A stretch of 40,000 nucleotides of DNA from Cedecea selenatireducens (GCF_042138895.1 NZ_JBHIKW010000013.1:54007-94006); one strand, 5' to 3'. Positions 25,374 through 34,878 are shown, numbered from the stretch's first letter. Notes: generated by a model from the letters alone, not told the origin. Numbers and translations are program-made.

Positions 25374-27182
25374 TCAGGCAACCATCGCCACCAGTAAGAC
25401 CGCCAGCTCAACCATCGCCAGGCGGCGGAACGTGCCGGACAGGCACTCGCACTGCCAGCCGGGCATCCATTTCCCAGGGTTCAGGGTGTGGCGCAGCTTA
25501 AGCAAAGGCGCGAACGCCGCTTTTACCGGCTGGGCAAAGCCCGTCGCGGTGATCACCATCGCCTGTTCATGGTCGTAGCCGCAGACCCATGCCGAGCCGC
25601 GAGAGCGGTTTGGCAGGCGCTCGCCACGGAAAACGATCGTCAAAATAAACGGCAGCAGCGGAGAGGCGACCAGCAGCAGCGTCATCATTGGCTGAGAAAC
25701 AGCGGTATGCGCCGTTTGCAGCGGCAGCGGAACGGCGTGCTGAAGCAAAGGCAGCAGCCACGGCGAAGCCACACCGGCCACAACGCAGCACGCGGCCAGT
25801 AACGCTACGCTCACGTTCATCAGCCACGGCGCAGAGCTCGCGTTTTCTGCTTCTTTGGTACGCGGCGCGCCCAGGAAAGTGACGCCATAAACTTTCGCCA
25901 TGCACATCACCGCCAGCGCGCCGGTAATCGCCAGCCCAACGGCCAGCAGCGGGCCGATAAAGCGGCCGACAAACAGCGGCAGGCTGCCGAGACGGAAGAA
26001 TGACTGATAGATAACCCATTCCCCGGCAAAGCCGTTCAGCGGCGGCAACGCGGCCATCGCCATCAGCCCGACCAGCATCGCCAGCGAGATAACCGGCATG
26101 CGTTTACCGATCCCGCCCAGTTTCTCGATGTCACGGTGTCCGGTACGGAACCAAACCGCGCCAGCGCCGAGGAACAGCGTGGTTTTAAACAGGCTGTGGT
26201 TGAACAGGTGATAAAGGCCGCCGGTCATGCCCAGCGCCACCAGCACCGGCTCATTCAGCGCGATACCGATCAGGCCGCAGCCCAGGCCCAGCAAAATAAT
26301 GCCGATGTTTTCAAGGGAGTGATAAGCCAGCAGGCGGTTGATGTTGTGCTCCATCAGCGCGTAAAGCCCGCCGATAAACGCCGTGATCATGCCGACCACC
26401 ACCACCAGCACGCCCCACCACAGCGGCAAAACGTTGCTGATAAGCGAGAAGCACATGATGCCGTACAGGCCAATCTTCAACACCACGGCGGAGAACAGCG
26501 CGGCTGCCGGAGCAGAGGCATTCGCATGCGCCTGCGGCACCCAGCCGTGCAGCGGAATAATCCCGGCCAGCAGCCCAAAGCCGAGCAGCGCGAGGATCAG
26601 CACCGGCGTAGGCAGCGGCGCACCGGCGACAAGATGGCGCAGTTCGCCGTAGCCCAGGGTGCCGTAGCGCTGCCACATCAGCCAGCAGGCGATGACCAGC
26701 AGCGCGGTGCCGAGGCGGCCCAGCGCAAACCACAGCTGCCCGGACTTCTGGCAGCCGGTCAGGAAGTAGCCTGCCAGAGAGATGATTTCCGCCATCGCCA
26801 CCAGGGTGACGAAGTTGTCGGCCACCAGCGCCGCCACGCTAGCCGCCAGGATTAAATTAATCAGCAGGCCGTTGGCTTTTATTTCAGGATGACGATGCCA
26901 CGCGCAGTTAAACAGGGAGATGAACAGGCCGCTGAGCGCCACGGTGACCAGCCAGACGCCGTTAAAGGCGTTAAGCTGAAGGTGCCAGTGCCAGATTTGC
27001 GCGTCGCCGTTAAAGCCCAGCAGCGCCTGAGCGCCCGCGACCAGCAAAAGCACCGAGCTGATTGCGCCGCCAACGCCGGCGAAAAATCCGCTAATCGGCT
27101 TAGAAAATGCCAGAACTCCGGCTAACACGGCGCTAACGACAAACCCCAAAAGCGCCCAGTGAATCAGTAGAAAAGCATTCAT
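25374..27182 (-). CDS. hycC: formate hydrogenlyase membrane subunit (NuoL/M/N antiporter-like)
   Basis: 602-aa polytopic membrane protein in the position of E. coli HycC (608 aa). Confidence 0.92.
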   Translation of the reverse strand: MNAFLLIHWALLGFVVSAVLAGVLAFSKPISGFFAGVGGAISSVLLLVAGAQALLGFNGDAQIWHWHLQLNAFNGVWLVTVALSGLFISLFNCAWHRHPEIKANGLLINLILAASVAALVADNFVTLVAMAEIISLAGYFLTGCQKSGQLWFALGRLGTALLVIACWLMWQRYGTLGYGELRHLVAGAPLPTPVLILALLGFGLLAGIIPLHGWVPQAHANASAPAAALFSAVVLKIGLYGIMCFSLISNVLPLWWGVLVVVVGMITAFIGGLYALMEHNINRLLAYHSLENIGIILLGLGCGLIGIALNEPVLVALGMTGGLYHLFNHSLFKTTLFLGAGAVWFRTGHRDIEKLGGIGKRMPVISLAMLVGLMAMAALPPLNGFAGEWVIYQSFFRLGSLPLFVGRFIGPLLAVGLAITGALAVMCMAKVYGVTFLGAPRTKEAENASSAPWLMNVSVALLAACCVVAGVASPWLLPLLQHAVPLPLQTAHTAVSQPMMTLLLVASPLLPFILTIVFRGERLPNRSRGSAWVCGYDHEQAMVITATGFAQPVKAAFAPLLKLRHTLNPGKWMPGWQCECLSGTFRRLAMVELAVLLVAMVA

Positions 27183-27784
27183 TTTCTCGCCTCTGGCTGG
27201 GTAAACAGGGTCAGGTCGCCGAGCGACGCACCAAGCGTCAGCTCACGCTTACGTTTGCTGGCCTGGGCGATGTCTTTGTTGTCGATAAGGCGCAGCGCCT
27301 TGGTCGGGCAGGTGCGAACGCAGGCCGGGCCGTTTTCATCGAAGCTGCACAGGTCACATTTGACCGCGATAGCGCGAACGCCGGGCACCCAGTCGAGCAG
27401 CGGGCTAACGCGAGCCGGGGCCGGAGGTGCAGGCGGCGCTTTCGGGCTGTTAACGTTGGCGGGAATATGCAGCGGGCGGCTGCCGGAGAATTCAATGGCG
27501 CCGAACGGGCAGGCAATACCGCAAAGTTTGCAGCTTACGCACAGGCTTTCATTCAGCTGTACGGCCCCGTCCACGCGGGTAATAGCGTTAACCGGGCAAA
27601 CCCCGGCGCAGGGTGCGTCTTCGCAGTGGTGGCACATCTGCGGCGCAGATTCATTCAGGTTGCGCATGACTTTCAGGCGCGGCAGGGACTGCAGGCCGTG
27701 CAGACGGTGCGTCTCGGCGCAGGCCGCTTCGCAGGTATGGCAGCCCATACACAATTTTGAGTCAGCGATTACAAAACGGTTCAC
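27179..27784 (-). CDS. hycB: formate hydrogenlyase Fe-S electron-transfer subunit
   Basis: 201 aa with four ferredoxin-type Cys clusters. Collinear with E. coli HycB. Overlaps hycC by 4 nt. Confidence 0.93.
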   Translation of the reverse strand: MNRFVIADSKLCMGCHTCEAACAETHRLHGLQSLPRLKVMRNLNESAPQMCHHCEDAPCAGVCPVNAITRVDGAVQLNESLCVSCKLCGIACPFGAIEFSGSRPLHIPANVNSPKAPPAPPAPARVSPLLDWVPGVRAIAVKCDLCSFDENGPACVRTCPTKALRLIDNKDIAQASKRKRELTLGASLGDLTLFTQPEARK

Positions 27785-27805
27785 CAGCTCTTCCTCAGGT
27801 GACGA

Positions 27806-27860
27806 TCGTCATTTTTGACGAAAACATGCCGAAAAGCTGCCGGTTCGACAGTTCTCGACA
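27806..27860. promoter_or_regulatory. palindrome TCGTCA-TTTT-TGACGA plus direct TCGACA repeats in the hycA-hycB spacer (candidate FhlA binding region)
   Basis: Perfect 6+6 palindrome at 27806-27821. TTCGACA and CTCGACA at 27844-27850 and 27854-27860 are one helical turn apart. The motifs resemble those at 28444-28478 and 20331-20363. As I recall, an FhlA UAS has been mapped between hycA and hycB in E. coli, but I cannot verify this here. Confidence 0.25.
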
Positions 27861-27872
27861 CCCCAAATCTCT

Positions 27873-28328
27873 TCATGCCACGGCGGACTGCTGAAGCAGC
27901 GTCATGGACAGCGGGGTGTTTTGCTGCACGGCCAGATAAAGGCTGTCGTACACCGGGCGGATAAGCTCCAGGTAGTGGTCGAGCACTTTCTCGCGGTCGC
28001 GGTTGCTGATGGCGTTATCAATCAGCCCGTCATCGTCGATAGTCGCCTTTGCAATCAGCACCTTATCGCTGCCGTCACGCAGTTCGATGGCGTACTCGAT
28101 GGTGTGGCTGTTAAAGCCTTCGGCGAGGTTGATTTGAATGACGAAGTGGTCAAACAAGAAGAAGCGCAGGCTTTCGTCCGGGTTGCAGCCCACGGCGTGA
28201 TGCAGCTTCGCTTTCGATAAGGTGATCCCCTGAATCAGGGTGTTGCCGTAGTGATGCCACTGCGAAAGCAGGCGTTGGTGCTTGTCGGCGATATACTCGG
28301 CTTTCTCGCTCAGTTCCCAAATGTTCAT
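27873..28328 (-). CDS. hycA: formate hydrogenlyase regulatory protein (FhlA antagonist)
   Basis: 151 aa, collinear with E. coli HycA (M.IWE.SEKA.YIA..H.RL…GITLSKA.LHHA…). Confidence 0.92.
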   Translation of the reverse strand: MNIWELSEKAEYIADKHQRLLSQWHHYGNTLIQGITLSKAKLHHAVGCNPDESLRFFLFDHFVIQINLAEGFNSHTIEYAIELRDGSDKVLIAKATIDDDGLIDNAISNRDREKVLDHYLELIRPVYDSLYLAVQQNTPLSMTLLQQSAVA

Positions 28329-28364
28329 GTTTTGTTCACTCTGTTAATGCTTGTCCCTCCGTAA

Positions 28365-28380
28365 GGCACATTTCGTGCCA
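28365..28380 (-). promoter_or_regulatory. sigma54 (-24/-12) promoter of the hyc operon
   Basis: The - strand reads TGGCAC-GAAAT-GTGCC (GG-N10-GC spacing correct), about 37-52 nt upstream of the hycA ATG. The E. coli hyc operon is sigma54/FhlA-dependent. Confidence 0.6.
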
Positions 28381-28443
28381 TGTTTTTAATTAATTGTATT
28401 TAAATGCTTTTTCGTTAAATGGTTGGCGGAAAAATGACGGGTG

Positions 28444-28478
28444 ACGTGTCATTTCGTCATCTTTGACTTTTCGTGTCG
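28444..28478. promoter_or_regulatory. candidate FhlA upstream activating sequence in the hycA-hypA divergent region
   Basis: ACGTGTCATTTCGTCATCTTTGACTTTTCGTGTCG: repeated (T)GTCA/TGAC and TTTCGT motifs, centred about 105 bp upstream of the predicted hyc transcription start. This is the distance expected for FhlA UAS elements. Confidence 0.35.
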
Positions 28479-28489
28479 GGATTTTTTTA

Positions 28490-28637
28490 CCCTCACCCTA
28501 ACCCTCTCCCTGGGAGGGAGAGGGAATAAAAAGCAGGGCTGGAGAACCCTCTCCCTGCAAGGGTGAGGGGATAAATCATTCCCTTTCCTTTAAAGAATTC
28601 TCCCTCGCCCCTTCGGGGAGAGGGCCGGGGTGAGGGG
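28490..28637. repeat. REP/REPIN-like cluster C (three units) in the hyc-hyp control region
   Basis: Three units: 28490-28524 (CCCTCACCCTAACCCTCTCCCTGGGAGGGAGAGGG), 28547-28570 (CCCTCTCCCTGCAAGGGTGAGGGG, short form) and 28600-28637 (inverted: CTCCCTCGCCCCTTCGGGGAGAGGGCCGGGGTGAGGGG). Confidence 0.8.
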
Positions 28638-28649
28638 CAAAAAAAGGCC

Positions 28650-28665
28650 TGGCACCGTCTTTGCA
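28650..28665 (+). promoter_or_regulatory. sigma54 (-24/-12) promoter of the hyp operon
   Basis: TGGCAC-CGTCT-TTGCA is a perfect match to the TGGCAC-N5-TTGCA consensus, ending 30 nt upstream of the hypA ATG. Confidence 0.75.
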
Positions 28666-28695
28666 TTACCAGCCCCAGTTAACCCCGGAGGCCCC

Positions 28696-29058
28696 ATGCA
28701 CGAAATCACCCTTTGCCAGCGCGCAGTCGAACTTATCGAAAGCCATGCCCGCCAGAACAACGCCCGCCGCGTCACCGGCGTCTGGCTGGAAGTCGGCGCC
28801 TTCTCGTGCGTGGAAACCAGCGCCCTGGAGTTTTGCTTTGATCTGGTCTGCCGCGGCACGCTGGCGGAAGGCTGCGAGCTTCATGTCCACCAGCAGGAAG
28901 CCGAATGCTGGTGCCATGACTGCCAGCAGTTCGTCACGTTGCTGACCCAGCGCGTGAAGTGCTGCCCCAACTGTAACGGCAGCAACCTGCGCATCGTGGC
29001 GGATGACGGCATGCAGATTAAGCGTCTGGAAATCGATCAGGAGATAGCTCATGTGTAG
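28696..29058 (+). CDS. hypA: hydrogenase nickel-insertion metallochaperone
   Basis: The track ORF starts at 28630 inside the repeats. ATG 28696 gives [14 protein letters not shown]…, the E. coli HypA N-terminus (MHE Ni site), with a CxxC…CPxC zinc site. Confidence 0.93.
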   Translation: MHEITLCQRAVELIESHARQNNARRVTGVWLEVGAFSCVETSALEFCFDLVCRGTLAEGCELHVHQQEAECWCHDCQQFVTLLTQRVKCCPNCNGSNLRIVADDGMQIKRLEIDQEIAHV

Positions 29059-29914
29059 CACTTGCGGTTGCGGTGAAGGCAACCTGTATATTGAAGGGGA
29101 CGAGCGTAATCCTCACTCAGGCTTTCGCAGCGCCCCGTTTGCCCCGGCGGCACGCCCGCTGCAGCAGATAACCGGCGTCAAGTTCGCCCCGACGGCCGAC
29201 GAGCAGGGCGACCTGCATTACGGCCACGGCGCGGCGGGCACCCACGCGCCGGGCATGACGCAGCGCAAAATGCTGGAGATTGAGCTGAACGTGCTGGATA
29301 AAAACAACCAGCTCGCCGCCCATAACCGCGAACGCTTTGCCAGCCAGAATCAGCTGGTGCTGAACCTGGTGTCCAGCCCCGGCTCAGGCAAAACTACCCT
29401 GCTCACCGAAACGCTAAAACGTCTGAATACTAAAGTGCCGTGCGCGGTTATCGAAGGCGATCAGCAAACGGTGAACGACGCGGCGCGCATCCGCGAAACC
29501 GGGACGCCGGCCATTCAGGTGAATACCGGTAAAGGCTGCCACCTTGATGCCCAAATGATCCGCGATGCCATGCTGCGCCTGCCGCTTGAGCAGGACGGCG
29601 TGCTGTTTATCGAAAACGTCGGCAACCTGGTCTGCCCGGCGAGCTTTGATTTAGGCGAACGCCACAAGGTCGCGGTGCTGTCGGTCACGGAAGGGGAAGA
29701 CAAGCCGCTCAAATACCCGCATATGTTCGCCGCCGCGTCATTGATGCTGCTGAACAAAATCGATCTGCTGCCGTACTTGCAGTTCGACGTCAACAAATGC
29801 CTGGCCTTTGCCCGCGAGGTCAATCCGGACATCAAAATTATTCTGGTTTCTGCGACCAGCGGCGAAGGAATGGACGAGTGGCTTAGCTGGCTGGAGGCGG
29901 AACGATGTGCATAG
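29051..29914 (+). CDS. hypB: hydrogenase maturation nickel-binding GTPase
   Basis: 287 aa with the N-terminal CxxCGC high-affinity Ni motif ([10 protein letters not shown]) and P-loop [10 protein letters not shown]. Collinear with E. coli HypB. Confidence 0.94.
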   Translation: MCSTCGCGEGNLYIEGDERNPHSGFRSAPFAPAARPLQQITGVKFAPTADEQGDLHYGHGAAGTHAPGMTQRKMLEIELNVLDKNNQLAAHNRERFASQNQLVLNLVSSPGSGKTTLLTETLKRLNTKVPCAVIEGDQQTVNDAARIRETGTPAIQVNTGKGCHLDAQMIRDAMLRLPLEQDGVLFIENVGNLVCPASFDLGERHKVAVLSVTEGEDKPLKYPHMFAAASLMLLNKIDLLPYLQFDVNKCLAFAREVNPDIKIILVSATSGEGMDEWLSWLEAERCA

Positions 29915-30165
29915 GCATTCCCGGCCAGATAGTCGAGCGGCTGGCCGACGGTAGCGCAAAAGTGGACGTCTGCGGCGTACAGCGCGACGTGAATTTAACC
30001 CTGGTCGGCGACGCCGCCGTGGGGCAATGGGTGCTGGTCCACGTCGGGTTTGCCATGAGCATCATTGATGAAGCCGAAGCGCGCGACACGCTCGATGCCC
30101 TGCAAAACATGTTCGAGGTGGAGCCGGACGTCGGCGCCCTGCTCTACGGCGAGGAGCATCGCTGA
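29905..30165 (+). CDS. hypC: hydrogenase maturation chaperone
   Basis: 86 aa beginning MCIGIPGQ (the essential Cys2). Collinear with E. coli HypC. Confidence 0.93.
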   Translation: MCIGIPGQIVERLADGSAKVDVCGVQRDVNLTLVGDAAVGQWVLVHVGFAMSIIDEAEARDTLDALQNMFEVEPDVGALLYGEEHR

Positions 30166-31286
30166 TGCGCTATGTCGACGAATACCGAGATCCGGAACGC
30201 GTGATGCAGCTGATTGAGACGCTGAAAGTACGCGCCCCGCTGCTGGACTACACGGCAGCCCGCCCGTTGCGCATCATGGAGGTTTGCGGCGGCCATACCC
30301 ACGCTATTTTTAAATTCGGCCTCGACCAGCTGCTGCCGGAAAACATCGAGTTTATCCACGGCCCAGGCTGCCCGGTTTGCGTGCTGCCGATGGGGAGAAT
30401 CGACAGCTGCATTGAGATAGCCAGCCATCCGAAGGTGATTTTCTGCACCTTTGGCGATGCGATGCGCGTGCCGGGAAAAAACGGTTCGCTGATGCAGGCG
30501 AAGTCGCGTGGCGCGGACGTCAGGGTGATTTACTCACCAATGGACGCGCTGACTCTGGCACGTCAAAACCCGGAACGGAAAGTGGTGTTCTTCGGGCTCG
30601 GCTTTGAAACGACTATGCCCGCCACGGCGATTACCCTGCAGCAGGCAAAGTCGCAGGGCATCGATAACTTCTATTTCTTCTGCCAGCACATCACGCTGAT
30701 CCCGACGCTGCGTAGCCTGCTTTCCCAGCCCGATAACGGCATCGGCGCTTTCCTCGCGCCGGGGCACGTCAGCATGGTGATTGGCACCGAAGCCTATGAC
30801 TTTATCGCCTCTGAGCACCAGCGGCCGCTGGTTGTAGCCGGCTTTGAGCCGCTCGATCTGCTGCAGGGCGTGCTGATGCTGGTGGAGCAAAAAATCCAGC
30901 AGCACAGCGAGGTAGAAAACCAGTACCGCCGCGTAGTGCCGGAAGAAGGCAACAGGCTTGCACAAAAAGCGATAAGCGAAGTGTTTACCGTACGCGGCGA
31001 AGCCGAATGGCGCGGCCTGGGGGTTATCAGCGATTCCGGCGTCCAGCTCACCGAAGCGTACCGTCAGTTTGACGCCGAAGACCATTTCCAGCCCAAACCT
31101 CAGCGTGTTTACGACGACCCAAACGCCCGCTGCGGCGACGTCCTTACAGGGCGCTGCAAGCCGCAGCAATGCCCGCTGTTCGGCAGCGGCTGCAACCCGC
31201 AAAACGCTTTCGGCGCGCTGATGGTCTCCTCCGAAGGAGCCTGCGCGGCGTGGTATCAGTACCGTTCTCAGGAGTGTGAAGTATGA
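30165..31286 (+). CDS. hypD: hydrogenase maturation Fe-S scaffold protein
   Basis: 373 aa, the same length as E. coli HypD, with motifs CGGHTH and GPGCPVCV. Confidence 0.94.
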   Translation: MRYVDEYRDPERVMQLIETLKVRAPLLDYTAARPLRIMEVCGGHTHAIFKFGLDQLLPENIEFIHGPGCPVCVLPMGRIDSCIEIASHPKVIFCTFGDAMRVPGKNGSLMQAKSRGADVRVIYSPMDALTLARQNPERKVVFFGLGFETTMPATAITLQQAKSQGIDNFYFFCQHITLIPTLRSLLSQPDNGIGAFLAPGHVSMVIGTEAYDFIASEHQRPLVVAGFEPLDLLQGVLMLVEQKIQQHSEVENQYRRVVPEEGNRLAQKAISEVFTVRGEAEWRGLGVISDSGVQLTEAYRQFDAEDHFQPKPQRVYDDPNARCGDVLTGRCKPQQCPLFGSGCNPQNAFGALMVSSEGACAAWYQYRSQECEV

Positions 31287-32293
31287 AAACCGTTGAGCTG
31301 GCCCACGGCAGCGGCGGCCAGGCGATGCAGCAGCTGATCGCCAGCCTGTTTATGCAGGCCTTCGATAACCCCTGGCTCGCAGAGCAGGAAGATCAGGCCC
31401 GACTTTCCCTGGCGGAGCTTACCGCCGGCGGCGACCGGCTGGCATTTTCCACCGACAGCTACGTTATTGACCCGCTGTTTTTCCCCGGCGGCGACATCGG
31501 CAAGCTGGCCGTGTGCGGTACGGCGAACGACGTCGCGGTGAGCGGCGCTACGCCTCGCTGGCTGTCGTGCGGATTTATTCTCGAAGAAGGCTTGCCGTTT
31601 GAAACGCTTGAGCGCGTGGTCACCAGCATGGCAAACGCCGCCCGTGCGGCAAATATCGCCATCGTGACCGGCGACACCAAAGTGGTGCCTCGCGGCGCGG
31701 CGGACAAACTGTTTATCAACACTGCCGGGATCGGCGCTATTCCTGTCGGCATCAACTGGGGCACGGCTCAGATTAAAACCGGGGATTTGCTCATCGTCAG
31801 CGGCACGCTCGGCGACCACGGTGCAACCATCCTTAATTTGCGCGAGAAGCTTGGCCTGGACGGCGATCTACAGAGCGACTGCGCGGTGCTGGCGCCGATG
31901 ATTGCCCCACTGCTTCATATTCCCGGCGTAAAAGCCTTGCGGGACGCCACGCGCGGCGGCGTAAACGCCGTTCTGCATGAGTTTGCAGACGCCAGCGGCT
32001 GCGGCATGGAAATCAGCGAAAACCAACTGCCGCTGAACCCGGCGGTGCGCGGAGTTTGCGAGCTGCTTGGGCTGGATGCGTTAAATTTTGCTAATGAAGG
32101 CAAGCTGGTTATCGCCGCTTCCCCCGAGTCTGCCCCTGCGGTTCTACACGCTTTGCAGCAGCATCCCTGCGGCAAACAGGCCACGATCGTAGGTGAGGTC
32201 GTGGAGCGTAAAGGCGTGCGCGTGACGGGGCTTTACGGCGTAAAACGCACCCTCGACCTGCCGCACTTTGAACCCTTACCGCGCATTTGTTGA
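31283..32293 (+). CDS. hypE: hydrogenase maturation carbamoyl dehydratase
   Basis: 336 aa with a PurM-like fold and C-terminal PRIC, as in E. coli HypE. Confidence 0.94.
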   Translation: MKTVELAHGSGGQAMQQLIASLFMQAFDNPWLAEQEDQARLSLAELTAGGDRLAFSTDSYVIDPLFFPGGDIGKLAVCGTANDVAVSGATPRWLSCGFILEEGLPFETLERVVTSMANAARAANIAIVTGDTKVVPRGAADKLFINTAGIGAIPVGINWGTAQIKTGDLLIVSGTLGDHGATILNLREKLGLDGDLQSDCAVLAPMIAPLLHIPGVKALRDATRGGVNAVLHEFADASGCGMEISENQLPLNPAVRGVCELLGLDALNFANEGKLVIAASPESAPAVLHALQQHPCGKQATIVGEVVERKGVRVTGLYGVKRTLDLPHFEPLPRIC

Positions 32294-32402
32294 CCTGCGC
32301 CAGTACGCAATCACCTCACGCCGACTAAACTTAAAAAATATTTATATTAATAAAATCTTTTAGCCCTGCGCCCGCCGCGGGGCATTTCAATGGAAAGCAA
32401 AC

Positions 32403-34487
32403 ATGTCATACACGCCGATGAGCGATCTCGGGCAGCAGGGGTTATTTGATATTACCCGTACGCTGCTGCAGCAGCCCGATCTCAACGAACTCGCCAGCAG
32501 CCTGACGCAGCTGGTGAAACAGGGCGCGCTGGCCGATCGCGTAAATATCCTGCTTTACCATCCCCAGCACCAACGGGTGAGTTTTTACGGTAAGGATAAA
32601 CACGGCAAGGGACTGCACTACGAAGATGAAATGGCGCTGGCCAACGGCCCGGTGCGCCGCATGCTGTCGCGCCCGGAGGCGCTAATTTGCAGCCAGCAGG
32701 AGTTTGATGAAACCTGGCCGCAAATGGCGAGCCTTGATTTGTACGCCCCTTTTGGCCGCTACGGCCTGCTGCCGCTGGCTTCAGAAGGCAAGATTTTCGG
32801 CGGCTGCGAATTTATTCGCGACAGGACGGATGCCTGGACCGAAAAAGAACTTAACCGACTTTACACCCTGGCGCAGATCGTAGGCCTGGTGACCGAGCAG
32901 ATCCAAACCCGCCTTAACTCGAGCCACGATCATCAGCTGCTGTGCCGCGAACGCGACGACTTTCGCATTCTGGTGGCCGTCACCAACGCCGTGCTGTCGA
33001 AGCTGGATCTGGACGAGCTGATAAGCGAGATTGCCCGCGAAATTCACTACCACTTCGCCATTGATTCCATCAGCATTGTGCTGAAAAGCAGCCGCAAGTC
33101 GCGGCTCACGCTCTACTCCACCCACTTTGTTGATGAAGCCTCGCCGATTCACGATCAGAGCGATGTCCTTGAGACCGGCACCCTTTCGGAGCGGGTCTTT
33201 AAAAGCGGCGAGATGCTGCTGCTCAACCTTTGCCCCGGCGACAAGCTGGCACCGTATGAGAGGATGCTGCTCGAGATGTGGGACAACAAACCGCAGATGC
33301 TTTGCCTGCTGCCGCTGAAGTTTGGCAACAATATGCTGGGCGTGCTGAAGCTTGCCAGGTGCAGCGAACAGGGCTTTACGCCGGCCAACCTGAAGCTGCT
33401 GCGCCAGATTGCCGAACGTATCGCGATTGCGGTGGATAACGCCCTTGCCTATCAGGAAATCAACCGCCTGAAAGAAAACCTGGTGGATGAAAACCTCTAT
33501 CTCACCGAGCAAATTAATAACGTCGACAGCGATTTTGGCGAAATTATCGGCCGCGGCGAGGCGATGTCTATCGTGCTCAAACAGGTAGAGATGGTCGCCA
33601 GCAGCGACAGCACCGTGCTGATCCTCGGCGAAACCGGCACCGGTAAAGAGCTGATTGCCCGCGCGATCCATAACCTGAGCGAGCGCAACGGCCGCCGGAT
33701 GGTGAAGATCAACTGCGCCGCAATGCCCGCCGGGCTGCTGGAGAGCGATTTGTTCGGCCACGAGCGTGGGGCGTTTACCGGAGCCAATAATCAGCGAATC
33801 GGCCGCTTTGAGCTGGCGGACAAAAGCTCGCTGTTCCTGGACGAAGTCGGTGATATGCCGCTTGAGCTTCAGCCCAAGCTGCTGCGCGTGCTGCAGGAGC
33901 AGGAATTCGAGCGCCTCGGCAGCAATAAAGTCCAGGAAGTGGACGTGCGCCTGATAGCCGCCACCAACCGTAACCTGAAAGAGATGGTGGCCGACCGCGA
34001 GTTCCGCAGCGACCTTTACTATCGGCTGAACGTTTTCCCTATCACCCTGCCGCCGCTGCGCGAGCGCCCGGAGGACATCCCTCTGCTGGTGAAATCCTTC
34101 ACCTTTAAAATCGCCCGCCGCCTGAACCGCAACATCGACAGTATTCCGGCGGAAACGCTGCGCGCCCTGAGCCGCATGGAGTGGCCGGGTAACGTGCGTG
34201 AGCTGGAAAACGTGATTGAGCGCGCCGTGCTGCTGACGCGCGGCAACGTGCTGCATCTTTCGCTGCCGGAGGTGGACTACCATCCGTCAGTTGAGCGAAC
34301 GCTGTCTGGCCTCGCCAGTGAAGAGATACGTGAAGATGAAGACGAGTATCAGCGCATCCTGCGCGTGCTGAAAGAGGCAAACGGCGTCGTTGCCGGGCCT
34401 CGCGGCGCGGCTCAGCGTTTAGGGCTGAAGCGCACCACGTTACTTTCGCGGATGAAGCGTCTGGGGATTGATAAAGACGCGCTTTAG
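32403..34487 (+). CDS. fhlA: formate hydrogenlyase transcriptional activator (sigma54 enhancer-binding protein)
   Basis: 694 aa. It has the N-terminal GAF-type region, an AAA+ domain (GETGTGKE, GAFTGA motif in ERGAFTGA) and a C-terminal Fis-type HTH. Collinear with E. coli FhlA (692 aa). Confidence 0.94.
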   Translation: MSYTPMSDLGQQGLFDITRTLLQQPDLNELASSLTQLVKQGALADRVNILLYHPQHQRVSFYGKDKHGKGLHYEDEMALANGPVRRMLSRPEALICSQQEFDETWPQMASLDLYAPFGRYGLLPLASEGKIFGGCEFIRDRTDAWTEKELNRLYTLAQIVGLVTEQIQTRLNSSHDHQLLCRERDDFRILVAVTNAVLSKLDLDELISEIAREIHYHFAIDSISIVLKSSRKSRLTLYSTHFVDEASPIHDQSDVLETGTLSERVFKSGEMLLLNLCPGDKLAPYERMLLEMWDNKPQMLCLLPLKFGNNMLGVLKLARCSEQGFTPANLKLLRQIAERIAIAVDNALAYQEINRLKENLVDENLYLTEQINNVDSDFGEIIGRGEAMSIVLKQVEMVASSDSTVLILGETGTGKELIARAIHNLSERNGRRMVKINCAAMPAGLLESDLFGHERGAFTGANNQRIGRFELADKSSLFLDEVGDMPLELQPKLLRVLQEQEFERLGSNKVQEVDVRLIAATNRNLKEMVADREFRSDLYYRLNVFPITLPPLRERPEDIPLLVKSFTFKIARRLNRNIDSIPAETLRALSRMEWPGNVRELENVIERAVLLTRGNVLHLSLPEVDYHPSVERTLSGLASEEIREDEDEYQRILRVLKEANGVVAGPRGAAQRLGLKRTTLLSRMKRLGIDKDAL

Positions 34488-34533
34488 CCGGAAACTGGGC
34501 ATAACCCTACATTTTTTGTCTGGAACCTGAATC

Positions 34534-34878
34534 ATGGCAATTATTCCCAAGAACTATACGCGGCTGGAAAGCGGCTACCGCGAAAAGGCGCTGAAGCTTT
34601 TCCCGTGGGTGTGTGGCCGCTGCTCCCGCGAGTTTGTGTATTCCAATCTGCGCGAGCTGACCGTTCATCATATGGATCACGATCATACCAATAATCCGGA
34701 AGATGGCAGCAATTGGGAGCTTTTATGCCTGTATTGCCACGATCATGAGCATTCGAAATACACCGAAGCAGACCAGTACGGCTCGAGGGTGATTGCCGGC
34801 GAGGATGCGCAAAAGGACGTGGGCGAAGCGACCTATAATCCATTTGCCGACCTGAAAGCGATGCTGAACAAGAAGTAG
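34534..34878 (+). CDS. yajD: small HNH-endonuclease-family protein, YajD-like
   Basis: 114 aa with HNH features (CGRC … HHMDHDHTNN … LLCLYCHDHEH). It resembles E. coli YajD (115 aa) as I recall it. The genomic position differs from K-12. Confidence 0.75.
   Translation: MAIIPKNYTRLESGYREKALKLFPWVCGRCSREFVYSNLRELTVHHMDHDHTNNPEDGSNWELLCLYCHDHEHSKYTEADQYGSRVIAGEDAQKDVGEATYNPFADLKAMLNKK

Noticed and set aside
20367-28328. Whether the nine-gene hydrogenase operon is hyf (hydrogenase 4) rather than hyc (hydrogenase 3).
   Set aside because: Gene number, order and product lengths match hycABCDEFGHI one for one: 151, 201, 602, 308, 569, 180, 254, 136 and 159 aa. The operon includes hycA and hycI and lacks the extra hyfD/E/F antiporter-like subunits.
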